Shown: positions 26,022 to 39,595, counted from the first letter of the whole stretch. The stretch is 62,987 nucleotides of DNA, filler included, from Reticulomyxa filosa (GCA_000512085.1; 24 parts of 24 records of this genome joined end to end with filler, not necessarily neighbours in it); one strand, 5' to 3'. Notes: generated by a model from the letters alone, not told the origin. Translations and numbers: made by a program.

Positions 26022-28066
26022 TTAAAGAGAAATGGAAAACTGAAATGACAGAAATACTCAAAAAAAGCACTCAAACCAAATGTCGTGGCTTTGACCTCGC
26101 ATTAGTGGAACTGCATTTCCAACTGCCTTGTTCCAAGGCCGACACGACGGTGGTAGGTGAGTGGTGCAACCAGATCGTGGAGTACTTTGGACACTGGGGC
26201 AGTCGCCAGTGCTTCCACGAGGACGTGAAACTGTACTTGAATGCCATTGACCAGCAATGTAAAATAAACACTGACAGACAACCCATTTTTGATATGATCT
26301 CTGCCATTGAAGTCGCGGCCACTGGCCACAAGTCGACGACGGATAAAATCAATTGCGACATCATCAACCGAATTTGCGCGTTGCACGCGGTGAAAGTGCA
26401 TTTGACAGACTTTGCAAAAATGGAAGAAAGCGAGCTGCGCTTATGGGGACAGTCGCTATTTGAACTGTGGCAAAAATGGAAGGAAATGTCTTTGGAAAAA
26501 TGGCAGGAATACCAATTAAGTGCTGATGTGTTGTTGATTTTGGCCGCTCAATTGAAGTGCTATTTGGCCATTACAATGCAAAGTCGTGGTGATATGTATT
26601 GTGCTATCTCTTTGCTGGAATTGGTTTCTCCACACAATCGTGGCGCGCAATTGTGGCTGATTCGATTGTACAGTCATCCTTTTGTGGCTGCTTTGGACAA
26701 AAGTATGGAATGGTTTGAGGCTGTTAAAATACGATCTTTCCTTTGCGAAAGCCTGGGGCCTATGCTATTGATCCCTGCTGCCATTTGCGGCGAAAATACT
26801 GTGGTGCAAAAAATTTGCGGCTTGTTGGAAGATGTGCGCAAGGAGGTCAAACAAACGTGCTTGACACATTTAGCTACGTGCTTAGATCGATTCAACACGG
26901 GCAAAGTGGTTGAATTTGCGCAGTTTAATCAAGTCATGAAACGCTCTCGTATCATACATTTTGCTGAGGTGGAGAAATGTTGGTGTGAAGTCCTTGACCG
27001 TCCGAACAAGTCTCCATTTTCGCTTTCCGAATATTTTAGCGATATCTTGTTCCCTGCATACCCTTTTTTAGCAAATGACTTTCGATGGGATACGACGCAA
27101 TGGATTGCCTTGGATGATACCAACACTATTGCTGTTTTTGCTTCGGATCATGACACCACTGCCATGAGCCAGTTGAAACGCTTTTTGGTTAATCCTTGGT
27201 TCGGATATCATACGCTTCATCTTTCAAATGACAATGACAATAGTATCTATCTTTGGCACATGGAATCCGTCGTTGTTTTGATACGCTCGTTACATCTCTC
27301 TTTGAAACGTGAAAAATCTTTGTTACATCGGGAATTGATCCAATTGCAACGTCTTATCAGACAATCTCAAAAACTTTCTTCCAAACTGGAAGAAAAGAAG
27401 GATGGCCAGGATGAAAAGGGAGATGAAAAATTTGACTCTTTGGATACTATTCAATGGGCACAACATTTGAGCGAAACCGGAATAACCAATGACTTGGCAA
27501 CCATTTATCAAATCTTTGTTTGCCATCATTTAATATTGGATGCCACTTCTTCCTCTGAAAAAGATCTTAAAGTTGATCATGTCAAAGTTGTTTCTGCTTT
27601 GCTTGCTCCAACTGCACACGCACTGGAAGCACTCGCAAAGCGATGTTGTACCACACTTCTTCAAGAAAAGTTTGTGGACGGGGCTCAAACCAAATTCATT
27701 TGGCAAACTATATCGCAAATTTTATTTGTCTCTGGAGTAATCCTTCGTACTTGGGGTGAATTATTGCCAAGTGAACATGAGTTAACGACACATGTGAAAG
27801 AAGTGAATCGTGTTTGGACTTCTGGAAAAGAAGACATTATTCAAGCTTTGAAAAAATATGAAAGTTGGTGCCAAAGAGAAATTGGCGAAGTCAAAAGAAT
27901 TGAATCGATGAAATGGGGTCCAGAACGAATCAAAGCTATTGAAGCTCTTCTGTCTGCCCAGGATGCGAGCCATGCTCGCCATACCGATCTACAGATTATA
28001 TCTAAAATTGCAACATCACATAAAAAGACCTTTAAACGGTTCCATACAACCATTTCATCGTTCTAA
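24902..28066 (+). CDS. NAA25: NatB auxiliary subunit (NAA25/MDM20-like)
   Basis: RGFDLALVEL, YFGHWGSRQCFHEDVKLYL, LLELVSPHNRGAQLWLIRLY, KVVEFAQF; three ORFs join through two compensating 1-nt shifts in A runs (~25640 and ~26020). Confidence 0.75.
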
Positions 28067-28500
28067 CATATTTCGGTTCCCATGTTTTATATAAACGTAG
28101 ATTTTTTTCATTTATACTAAAAAGCAACTATTGCCTCAAAAATATTCACAATCATTCAACAGAGTTTATAAACACTCAAATTGTGAAATTTTCACACAAA
28201 ATAAACGCAAAAAAAAGATTGAAAATCCAAAACTACGAATTTAACATTTTGATTAAGCACTTTTCCTAAAAAGTTGACATAACTTAGAACAAGAGAAAGC
28301 ATTTTATTGAATCACACTGGGTGGTAACTATATAATTTTATTGATGACATAAAAAACGTGCATAATCTTTGCACACACCAAAAAAAAAAACTGAAAAAAA
28401 GTCGCTTGCCGTCAAATCAATACACTTTTTCTTTAAAAACACCATTTTTTTCACACTTCGATCCTTCAATTTTTTTATTTATTATTTGCTTCATTTGAGA

Positions 28501-29435
28501 CTAAGGCGATTGAGGAATAAAGTCACCAATTTGTTCGAAAACTTGTGTGTCAACCAAATCGCCGTCACATTTCTCGGAAGGAACAGTAAACTCAGCAATA
28601 TACAAATCTTTGAAGCGACTCATAAACGTTGGAGGCAATATTTTTGGAGGCTTGGAAAACATATTGATTTCATAAGTGCGTTTAAAACCCAACACAAAAT
28701 CTGTCTTTGTTGCTTCGACTCCAGTCATTTCATACAATTGGAACACACGACAGACATGGGTGAAAATGCTTTGTCCGTGAATTTCAATGACCAGTCGAGG
28801 TGTCCACGAGTCCATTTGATGCAATTCTTGGGTAGAATTTTCATCCGATTTTAAACCCAGATCGACAGGTTGCATACCCCATTCATCACATGCATCTTTT
28901 AAAAAGCGAAAATAGGGTTCATTTACAAAATCCTTTTTCATTGTTTGTGCATCATTGATATGCACATACATATAAAAAAATATATCTGTGCACGCATATG
29001 TACATATATACTACACACATATAAAACAATTTTCAAATTAAGAAAACCTGACAAAGTGATATCAAGGCTTGTTTGACAGTCTTTTCAGACAAAATAAGAG
29101 CAGTATCTCTATCTAAATCTTGTAGTCCTTGTCGGATTAAATGGCAAACGGCACACTCCAAATATTTGACACAAGCTTTGACTAAATCTGATCTCATTTC
29201 TGATTTTATTTTTGGAAACTCAAATATTTCATGAATATCCCCGTCAATGAATAATTTACCCACTCTTATCATATCCATTGCAATCCGCTCATCCCAGTCA
29301 ATATTCGGATAGTCTTTTTCTGTTGAAACATATTGGCTGTGTTTTGACAAATGGCAAAATCGATTAAATTCATTGGTTACATTTTCGCGCCATAAGTCAC
29401 ACACTATTATCACATACATGCCCGAAGGCTCACTA
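28501..29435 (-). CDS. Hypothetical protein, 3' part
   Basis: Two protein-like ORFs joined by a GT..AG intron at about 29050-28935. Confidence 0.55.
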
Positions 29436-29606
29436 TTTTTTTTTTTTTTTTTTTTTTTTTTTTGAGTTTCTCCCCTTTCTAACATCAACTCAATATAGAG
29501 CCAACANNNNNNNNNNNNNNNNNNNNNNNNNNNNNNNNNNNNNNNNNNNNTTAATTAATTAANNNNNNNNNNNNNNNNNNNNNNNNNNNNNNNNNNNNNN
29601 NNNNNN

Positions 29607-29673
29607 AGTTTTAGCCCACTGGGGACTCCCAGGTTCCTTCAACGTTCAGAAATTTATAGGGCCTTGCCCTACA
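29607..29673 (+). mobile_element. 3' fragment of the ~222-bp TG..CA element at a contig start
   Basis: GTTTTAGCCCACTGGGGACTCCCAGGTTCC...CCCTACA matches the 3' ends of the two full copies. Confidence 0.7.
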
Positions 29674-29913
29674 CAAATACGTTCGAAAACGAACAACTAA
29701 TACTTAGATATAGTATCAAAATCAAAAGATCGATATTTTGCAAATGCAATATCATGATTGGAGCTTGTTTTGGCTCAAAAATGTAATGAATGCCTGCATG
29801 ATATATGGTGAAATCAATTAAAATTTATAAAGAAATATTAAAATATAACATGTCGAACGTATAACTTATTGTTCATATCATGAAAATGATAGTTGGCTCC
29901 AATACGTCAATCA

Positions 29914-30136
29914 TGTAGGAATAGTGAGACGACTAAATGTAATACAAAAGGAACTCAGTTCCAAAAAGCAACTTCAGTAAAAGGAAATTAAATTGACAAA
30001 AATAATTTCAACACAATAAAGGAAAACAAGTAAAGAAAACACAAAAGTGAGTTTTGTTGTTAAGAGGGTTTTAACCCACAGGGGGTCCCACCGTTCCACT
30101 AGTATTTAAGATTGTATAATAGGGATTTATCCTACA
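29914..30136 (+). mobile_element. Solo-LTR-like element, 223 bp, target-site duplication ATCA
   Basis: TGTAGGA...TCCTACA termini with ATCA on both sides; homologous along its length to 42713-42934. Confidence 0.85.
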
Positions 30137-31050
30137 ATCATGTTACAAAACTCAATAAATAAAAATCAAAAAACTTTATATCAAAAAATTTTCAAAGCTA
30201 AAATTTAATTTAAAGGCACATTTTAATTGCTGAATTTTTTGAAAACTTCGAAAGATAAAAGTTTAATTTTTTAAAAAGTATGTTCGTGACTTGACATTCC
30301 TAAAAAAGAAGCAAAAAGATTAAAGTTTCGTGATGACAATACGGATTTTATTTATGTGCATTCATGCGAAATTTTCAAAAATCATATGAAAAAAGATGTT
30401 TTTATTACGGAAATGATGTTAGTTTAAAATCTGTAATAAAACGTTTATGACGAGTAAGTAGTTGAAGAAATGACTGATCTGATTTGGGCAAAAGGACTCC
30501 AGTCGGCAATATATTGAACTTGCCAAAAGCAACTGAAGAAGAGAGAATAGTGTGCCACAAAAATATACTAAATAAAGCATACATCGACACCTCTTTTATT
30601 TGTGCAACATTGACCATTACAACAGCTTTTTGAAACTAATTGGTCAAAGCTTAGCTCGGGTTCATGAATTAGCAGGATCACACTGAGTAGTGTCGGAGTT
30701 TTATTTTCACTTAAAGTTTAAATTTTTTGATGAATTTTCAATAAACATCACAACTATGTACTTGGAAAAATTTAATACCTCTAAATGAAATGTAATTGAT
30801 TCCCTTTTGTTCATTCGCTCGAATTTCATTTCACGAAGTACACCAAAAAAAAAATTATTTTTTTGAAAATATGTATACAATAATAAAAAAAAAAGAAAAC
30901 AGGATAAAAACAAATTAAAAAATAAAAAGCTTTTACGAACAATCAGGTTGCGTTTTGATTTATTTTTGACTGTGTGCAGCCTATATATTCAAAAAAGGCA
31001 GAACTGTGTTGCCTCATTGGAATAAAAAAATACACATGAACAACAAAAGA

Positions 31051-31880
31051 TTAACTTTTTTTAGCACACATTTTTTTGTGTCGATGCATGACTCCTGACT
31101 GCGTAAATTTTTTATTGCAAATCTCGCAAGCGAATGGCCTTTCACCTGCGAACGCAAAACATAATTGTGAAAGACAGCTCATCATGTGGAAAAAAAAAAA
31201 AAAGCAATAAAAGAAAAAAATAGATTATATTTTTTTTTTTTAAAAAATTTATATACATACTGTACGAATAAAAACAAACAAACAAACAAAAAATTAACCA
31301 GTGTGAGTTCTTTCATGCTTAGTCAAGTCTCTTTTGGTGGCAGTGCCTTTGGCACAACCTGGCCAACAACACCGAAAAGGCCATTCGTTGGTATGTGTAT
31401 ATATATGATGGCGCAAGCCAGTGGAGTTGAACAATTCTTTGCAACAATAGTTACAAATATGGCGTTTGGTGGTCTCGTTTTTGGTTTCAAACGGAGCAAA
31501 CTTGTTACTAGTCTTTTTTTCTGGAACATTGGGTATTTCACTTGGCTGCACTAGTGTCACAATCTTAGTCGTGTTTTGAATCGACTCATGTTTGGCTTGA
31601 GATTTTTTTGTTGAGTACCACGTCTGTTCGTCATCTTCTATTTTGGGGATTTCAGAAACACAGTCAATCAATCTTCAAACACAGTTTTCACAAATAAAAA
31701 AAATGAGCATTCTTTTCTCTTGCAAGGGCAATAAAGAAAGGGGGGGGGGGAGAGGAGGGGCACACCAAACAAAGTTTTAACTATGTTGGAAAAGCAGTTT
31801 TGCATATTCTGTGGCAAAGTCAATATCAAATTGTGGAATTGGAGGTAGCGCTGCATTGCTATAGGTTTGGAATGGTGGTT
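31051..31880 (-). CDS. C2H2 zinc-finger protein, 5' truncated
   Basis: CNYC..HIYTH, CCWPGC..HERTHTG, then a spliced exon ERPFACEICNKKFTQSGVMHRHKKMC..*. Confidence 0.9.
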
Positions 31881-31980
31881 NNNNNNNNNNNNNNNNNNNN
31901 NNNNNNNNNNNNNNNNNNNNNNNNTTAATTAATTAANNNNNNNNNNNNNNNNNNNNNNNNNNNNNNNNNNNNNNNNNNNN

Positions 31981-33345
31981 CAACAACAACAACAACAACA
32001 GCAAAAGCAACAATCACCAAATGCAAGTAACATGAATGTGGCGAGCAAAGAAGCAGTATTACATCTCATTTCACCGAAGCCAAAGTCAAAACCGATGCCA
32101 ATGTCCACTCTGACACAACAAGACGAAAAAGCAAAAGAGCATCAGACGAATCCGTCCATTCCTGTCTCCAATTCAAACGTAGTCGATGTCATTGCGACTC
32201 CAACTCACAGTAATGGCAAGCGACATCAAGGTGTGTTTGTGTTCTTTTTTTTCTTTTCCTCAAACTCTTTCCTCTCTCTCTCTTCCAGAAAGTATTTTTC
32301 GCTTTTATAAAAAAAATCTATTGTAACCCCCCCTTTTTTTAAAAAAAAAAAAAATTGAAAGAACAAAGAGAAGATTTAGAGTAGCAAACAACAAACATGT
32401 ATTATTGAAAATGTAAGAGTAAATAACAAATAATGGGATGTTTGAGAGGAGAGAGGAGAGATAAACAAATGAACAAACAAAAAAAAAAAGGTGAAGTAAA
32501 GTGGTTTGATCGGAAGAAAGGATTTGGATTTATAATTCCTCGCAACGACACAACGAATGAAAGTGAAGAAGGGGGCAATGAAAGAGGCAACGACAGTGAC
32601 AACAAAGACGCGATGAAAAAAAAAAACGCGTAGCCGAGATATTTGTTCACAGAAGATACATAGTTACAGAAAATGATCACATGCCAGTATTGTACGCAAA
32701 AGAAATAGTGGAGTATCAGCTGTGCTGTGACGATAAACACAACAATCAACGAATGGCTGTCGAAGTCACATTTCCTAAGTATCGTCTGGTCGAAACCAGA
32801 GAAAAAAAGCAAAAGACAAACCCAAAGATTCCTCTGGCAATCGCTAATTTCACCCATGTTGATTCCAATACAAAGCATTCTCTTTCGCATCCTCCTTCTT
32901 CTCATCCTTCTCATCATCCCCATCCTCATCCTTCTCATCATCATCATCATCAACAACAACAACAACAGCAACAACAACAGCAACAACAACAGCAACAACA
33001 ACAGCAACAACAACAACATCATTCTCATCCTCATTCGCATTCATATCCGTGTCCCTCATCATCAGATAACCACGGACTAATGACTGGCTGTGTAAAGTGG
33101 TTCAACGACGAAAAAGGATACGGGTTTATTCTTTGCCAACAATTGTCATCCAATCCCCATCATTTTCCATCCTCTTCTCTTTCCCCTCAAACTGGTAATG
33201 CCATTGAATGCGACCATAAACATAAGGGTGATGACGATGGCGATGACGATGAAGAACACAAAGAAAAAGAAAAGCAAAACAAAAGAGATGATGAACACAA
33301 AGAAGAAGAAGAAGAAGAAGAAGAAGGAGAAGAAGAAGACGAAGA
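31981..33345 (+). CDS. Tandem cold-shock-domain protein with polyQ/His linker, partial
   Basis: GEVKWFDRKKGFGFI...EIFVH and GCVKWFNDEKGYGFI; frameshift in an A run at about 32620. Confidence 0.85.
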
Positions 33346-33445
33346 NNNNNNNNNNNNNNNNNNNNNNNNNNNNNNNNNNNNNNNNNNNNTTAATTAATTA
33401 ANNNNNNNNNNNNNNNNNNNNNNNNNNNNNNNNNNNNNNNNNNNN

Positions 33446-33983
33446 GTATTTGTTCTTTCGTTTTTTTTTTTTTTTTTTGTATGCGTTGTTTATTCGAAGG
33501 GGAAAAAAATCATAATTTTTTTTTCCTTCAACTAATAACAAAAAAAAAAAAAAGTTTGATTGTCGACTGAGAACATACGCAATCGTCGATGGTGTGACAC
33601 TTAACAGAGGTCTCTGTTGTTGACACTTGTGAATACGACGCAGCTGTAGACTGGAACAATGGCGGATATGTTGTCGACTCTCTTTTGTTAGTGTGTTTTG
33701 TGCTCTTTGGTAAAATATTTGTATACGTCGCATAATGTACACAACACATTTCAAAAATTCTATTTCTCAACTGGCAAGAGTGATAGAACACGCAAAAAAA
33801 AAATGGCATATAGATCGTAAAAAATGACACGTTAAAAAAAGTGAGAAAAAATGGACAATCAAAGTGTTCTTTGTGCATGATCGTTTGCGTTAATTCACTA
33901 CACGCAACCCACAGCACAACAGTCAACAAAATTAAGAGTATTCCTATGAATTGTTGATTCGAGGTGAATAAATGCATGTCCAT
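33446..33983 (-). CDS. SLC35F/THI74-like DMT transporter, 5' part
   Basis: GILLILLTVVLWVACSELTQ...FDCPFFLTFFNVSFFTIY. Confidence 0.75.
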
Positions 33984-34212
33984 CTGTTTTAACAATGACA
34001 CTCTTCTGCCAAGATTTTTTAAATTGTGGCTTGCGTTCTTTTTTAGTCATTTCTACTTTTCTAGCCCTCTCAGGACTAGCGTTACGAATAGTTTGGTAAA
34101 CAAAAAATAATATCTTTTAAATATTACAGCAGTACTTTTTGTTTCGTGTCCAAAAAATGCATTTGTATTTGCAGAAATAGCCGAACATAGGCAAAAGGGA
34201 GTCCAAAAAAAA

Positions 34213-35319
34213 ATGGCCAAATCTTTTTTTAGGCGTTCGTCATTTGCATCATTAACGAGACCTCGTGCATTAAATATTTGTATCCTAGGCCCGAGCAGCG
34301 TGTATCGCATTTCAATCCGCGGTGCATTTGGTTCAACAAAGTCGATATGGTCTGCATATGAAAAGGACTTGGAGGGGCCAGAAAGTGAGGGAAAAAAGTG
34401 TGACGACAGGGAGCTGTCGATGGAGGAAATACGAGCCAAATATGGTTTGAAAAGTGAGTACGAGCTGGCGTACATCCCACAACTGGCGCTCCCACAAAAC
34501 ATGTGGTTTACAAGTGGACACCAATTTCTCCACCAAACGGAGATCGATGATATTTGGAGAGTGGGGATATCGCCAATTTTTTTCACGGGATATCGCCAAA
34601 TCGAGCAATTTGAATTTCAGTTTTGGAAAAGTCTGAGTACAAAAATATGCAACCGAAACAAAGTATCAAAACAAGACAATTGACCAAACATATGATAAAA
34701 CAATAGATGCAAAGTCGGAGATCGGCTATTGTATAGTGAAGCAGCAGCGCATTACAGCATATCACACTATCGCAACTTGGCGTTCATGTCGCATTCGGTG
34801 ACCGATGCACCGGCATGTCTGCAGCTGCCATTTCACCGTGTGGAGGTGATGTCGATCAACCATCGCATCGGCGACAATCCCAATCTGTTGTTGACAAGCG
34901 AAAATCGCGAAAAAATTGAGTACAAATGGCTGTTTGTGATCAAATGGATCAACAAATCGTGCAAGCCTTTGGACAGAAAGCCCATTGTCGATGGCAAGTA
35001 TGGTGAATGGTTCGACTCACAACAATACCTTGATTGGCTCAAAGACAGTGGTCAGTACAAAAAATGGCAATGGGATGAAATTGATAAATTGTATCAAAGT
35101 GGCACACTCCGGTGGTTCCATGTGTCCACTCTTCCTCGTGATTCTTCTTCTTCTTCTAAGTTCTTTCCCTATACCAACTCAGCTTCAAAACAGCAACTGC
35201 CCTCAGAAGATCAACCACTACTCTTGGAGCAAACCGTTAGTCGTCAAGAAGTGCTCGACCGAAAAATGAAAGCCAAAATACAAAAAAACGCTTGGAAACC
35301 AAAATGGTGGCCTTTTTAA
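34213..35319 (+). CDS. Divergent glycine-cleavage H-protein-like protein
   Basis: FTSGHQFL..DIWRVGISP, KVGDRL and LPFHRVEVMSINHRIGDNPNLL..KWLFVIK parallel the H-protein fold; Arg/Ser-rich N-terminus; the junction near 34630-34707 is unresolved. Confidence 0.5.
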
Positions 35320-35829
35320 ACCTTAAAAAAAAAATTATTACTTTTTTTTCAAATTGTATTCTCTCATCTCCAAACCGTAAAAACAAGCTTCAGCAATACA
35401 CATATTAGTCATTTTTTAAAACGGGACTGTAGAATTTCTCTTTTTTTTAATGGCTAGCGCATCTATTACACAAGTTCATCTTTGACGTGTTTATATACAA
35501 ACTTTCACAAAATCCGCATTTAAACGACTTTTATTATATTTCTTGATCGGAATATTCTATTTCATATTAGCTTTAATTCATCTTTTCTTTTATAACTCAT
35601 TTGAATAATAGCAAAGAAGTTTATTGCTTTATGTGACAAATTTAGTTTAAGCAACAGCAATCGTTGTTAAATCCTTCTTAAAATTAGTTGTACTAGAAAG
35701 CGTAAGAACAAACTAAACTTTTACAAAAAAGGGTGAACCAAGAAAAAAAGCGAAACTGCAACTTAAACAACTCGAAGGTTGAGCATTTCTTTTCAGCAGA
35801 AGAATTATTTTCGCAAAAGATAGCCAGAA

Positions 35830-38429
35830 ATGACTTCAGCAGAGTCACAAATACAATTGAGCACACAAACAGCTCAAGCTTTGGTTGAGACTAAAGTTGA
35901 AGTAAACGACGAGCAGAAATCATTGACAAAAGTGAACAACGGAGCATTCGAATGGAGCAATGTGAATTTATCAGTGAAACGGGGCCGTAATGCACCCTTC
36001 AAGCAAATATTGCACAATGTAACCGGTAAGTTACCACCGGGACAGTTGTTGGCAATCATGGGTGGATCCGGCGCCGGGAAAAGTAGTTTGTTAAATGCAT
36101 TAAGCGGCCGAATTGTGTCGCGTCACAACTCAAAAAAAGTTTAATTATAAAAAAAAAAAAAAAAATTATCAATCAAACAAAATATATTCATTATAAATAA
36201 AATACAATAAAAAAAGTTGGAAGGTGCAGTCGCTTGGAATAGTAAAAAATTCGAACTTGGTCATAGCGATTCGATTAAAGCGGTCATTGCATACGTCATG
36301 CAGTCCGATATCTTGTCGTACGTTTTTTTTTTTTTTTCTTTCTCCCAACCCTTCCAAAAAAAAAAAGTGAACTTTTTATCATGATACATTATACCCCTCC
36401 TTTATCTGAAGTAAAACAAATTTCCACATTGGAAATGCGTGTATGTGTGGGGGGGGGGGGAAATAAACTACGTATAGTGCGACCCAAACCGTATCGGAAG
36501 CGCTGCACTTCAGCGCCAAACTACGGTTGCCGCATAATGTGTCGGAAGAACAGCGAATAGCAACTGTAAACAATGTAATCGCGGCCTTGAAGTTGGAGAA
36601 ATGCAAGGATACGTACATTGGAAACGATGCTATCCGAGGTGTATCCGGTGGAGAGAAAAAACGCACTAGTGTGGGAGTAGAATTGGTTACCAATCCTGAT
36701 TTGATTTTCTTAGGTGTTTTTTTTTTTTTTAAGCAAAAGAAAAATCTTTAATGGGCTTACCCTTTGAACACATTATACACGTTCGAGACAAGATGCTTTT
36801 TTTTTAAACCCTCCCACAAAAATAAAAATACCACTAATAATTTACAAATAGATGAACCCACAAGTGGTCTAGATTCTTATACCGCATTACGGACTTTGGA
36901 AATTTTAAAAGGCTTAACTCGTGAAGGTTTTTTTTTTTGCCCCCTTTTTTTTCTTTCCAAGACGTATATATATTTTTTTTTTACGTATCAGGTAAGCAAG
37001 TAATCGCCACGATTCACCAACCGTCATCGGAAATTTGGAACTTGCTGGACCAATTGTGTTTGCTCGCTGACGGACATTGCGTGTATTTTGGACCGGCGAA
37101 GAATGTTTTGGAGTACTTTAAATTGATTGGACATGAGTGTCCTCAATTTACCAATCCGGCTGATTTTGTCGTGAATTGCGTGCAAGCCAATTCTAAGTAC
37201 TTTATCGAGCAGTGGGAAAAGTATTTCAATGAAAACAAGGCCCAATGTGGTTGTAACTTTGACAACTACGAAAAGTTATCTCCACAATCTGCCATTCATA
37301 GCTCCTTTTCCACGCAACTCAGCTGTTTATTCACCAGAGAGCTCAAAATTTTGGCTCGGGATCCGAGACCCTCTCGAGTGCGCTTGATACAGTCCGTCGT
37401 CTTTGCTTTACTCATTGGTATTGTTTTTTTTTTTTAGTTTAAAAAAAAGGGAACATTTTGTTGATGTATACATTTTTTTTTTTAAAAAAAACTATATACA
37501 GGAATATTGTACTACAATTTGGGCCATGATCAGACGAGTTTGCGCAACCGCTTCGGTGCGATATTTTTTTTAACAGTGAATACATCATTGACTGGAGCAA
37601 TTAGCACAGTGTCGACATTCCCTGAACAGAGATTGCTGTTTGAACGAGAACGCAACAATAACATGTATTCGACCATAACGTACGTGATTATTAAGTCGCT
37701 GGTGCAAATCCCCGAGACTTGTATCTTTTCCGTGATTTATTTACTGATCTGCTATTGGATGGTTCAATTTGATAGCGGTTTTGGGGAAATGTATTTGTCA
37801 ATCATTTTGTGTGTCAATGCAATGGGTAGTGTGGGCTTAATTGTCGGTGTGCTGGCCAAAAATGTCTCTGTGGCCATACAGCTGTTCCCAGTCACGTTCA
37901 TTCCTTTCATGTTATTTGCCAACTACTTAGTTAGCTTGGATCAGATCCCTGTCTGGATACGTTGGTTACAGTGGTTGGATGTTTTTAAGTTTAATAAACC
38001 TTGTTTGTTTGTTTTGTTTTTGAAATGGTGATTTCAATATTTTATGGTGTCTTTTTGAAAATATAAAGATACATGATCAATGCGCTGACGATCACTGAGT
38101 TCCGTGGGCAAACATATAAGACAACAACTGATGCAACAGGACGTTCACAAGGTTTTGTGTCTGGTGATGCTTATTTGAAATCACTTGATGTTCACAAAAG
38201 TGATCTGCCTTTTGATTGGTACATGATGGCTATTCTCTTCTTTGCTTTCCGATTTGTGTCACTTTTGTTGTTAGTACGAAAAACGGGTATTAATTTGAGA
38301 TATATTAAATTTTTTTTTTTGTTGGGATGTTTTTTTATTTTTATCTTTTTTTTTCTCTCTTTTTTGGTTTTCAATCTTTTTTGTAAAGCAAGTTGCATTT
38401 TGACAAAAAAGTGGATGTTTGCATTGTAA
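35830..38429 (+). CDS. ABCG (White-like) half transporter
   Basis: Walker A GGSGAGKS, AYVMQSD, signature VSGGEKKR, LDEPTSGLD, TIHQP and a C-terminal membrane domain; at least six introns; 3' end uncertain after about 38287. Confidence 0.95.
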
Positions 38430-39595
38430 TTTATCATCTCATTTGAAAAAACAAGTTCACAAACAAACTTTTCAATGTTTCCATTGAAACTATATTATTG
38501 GTGTCCATTCTTTTTTAAAATGTTTCTGACACTTTCTTCAACATAAACATGCAGATTTAATGTACAATTACTTAATTTCAATAATTTTCATAGCCTCAAA
38601 AACTGGTTTTCTCTGTTAAGAATTAAATTCTTTTGTATACATATGTTATAGTTTTTAAATATGAATTTGTTTTACACAAACGTGAAATATCTGCTGAGAA
38701 GAACTGCACAAAATCTAATATGAAAGATTTGTTAACTCTTGAGCAACTTTCAACAAAAATAATGTCAGAGAATAATAAATAAAAAAATGTAAAACAAGAT
38801 TAGGAAGTGGTTGAGTGTGACCGCTTGAATTTTACTTTTGATTAATAATGTTTTGTACTACATTCTAAACTCTTTGTATATACAATCAACATCTGAGATC
38901 GTGAATGTTCAAATTTTGTTTGTGACTACCGCTTGTAATGAATCTGCAGTTTGTCTTTTTGACTTGCTTAGATTTCGTGAAAAGTAAGTAAAAACTCTAA
39001 AATGAGATATTATTCGTTCAATGATTCCGAATGAAGCGATGCATTGTCTAAAGGTTCCGAAGAATGCGATTAATTGACTAATTATTCTATAATGTTGTCC
39101 TTTTGTTCGTTTTGCAAATATAATTTTCGTACTTTGTATACTTGAACTATCTTTCATAGTCCATTGACTATATTTATTTTGATATTTAACTGACTGATAC
39201 TTTGAATAATAGCATTGTCTAAACAAATTTCTGTAATAGTTTCGATTTATTTCTGACTCTTAGATATCATACGAATAATAACAAATGTTCTCTGATTTCA
39301 AATTATCATTCTATTTTTATTGTTTTCGGATTTTGTGTGTATTATTGCGCAATTTCGAAATATATACAACTGATTTTGCAAAATGTTATTTTATTCGATG
39401 ATGGGCTCATGACAAACGCCAGCTTCTTTTCATTATAAGTTTATTTGATATGATACTAAGTGAAATTTGTAAATATACTAATTTATGATTTTTGCAATTG
39501 TCATTATATTTGGTATTACAGTAAGTTGCAAAGAAAACTAAACGCCTAAAACGATATCATATGATAATAATTGATTTTCTCCATGAAAAAGTTGT

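Noticed and set aside
25630-26050. Programmed frameshifting in NAA25 (similar cases at about 32620, 45330 and 48855)
   Set aside because: The shifts fall in homopolymer runs and the two in NAA25 compensate; sequencing error is simpler. Raw reads would settle it.
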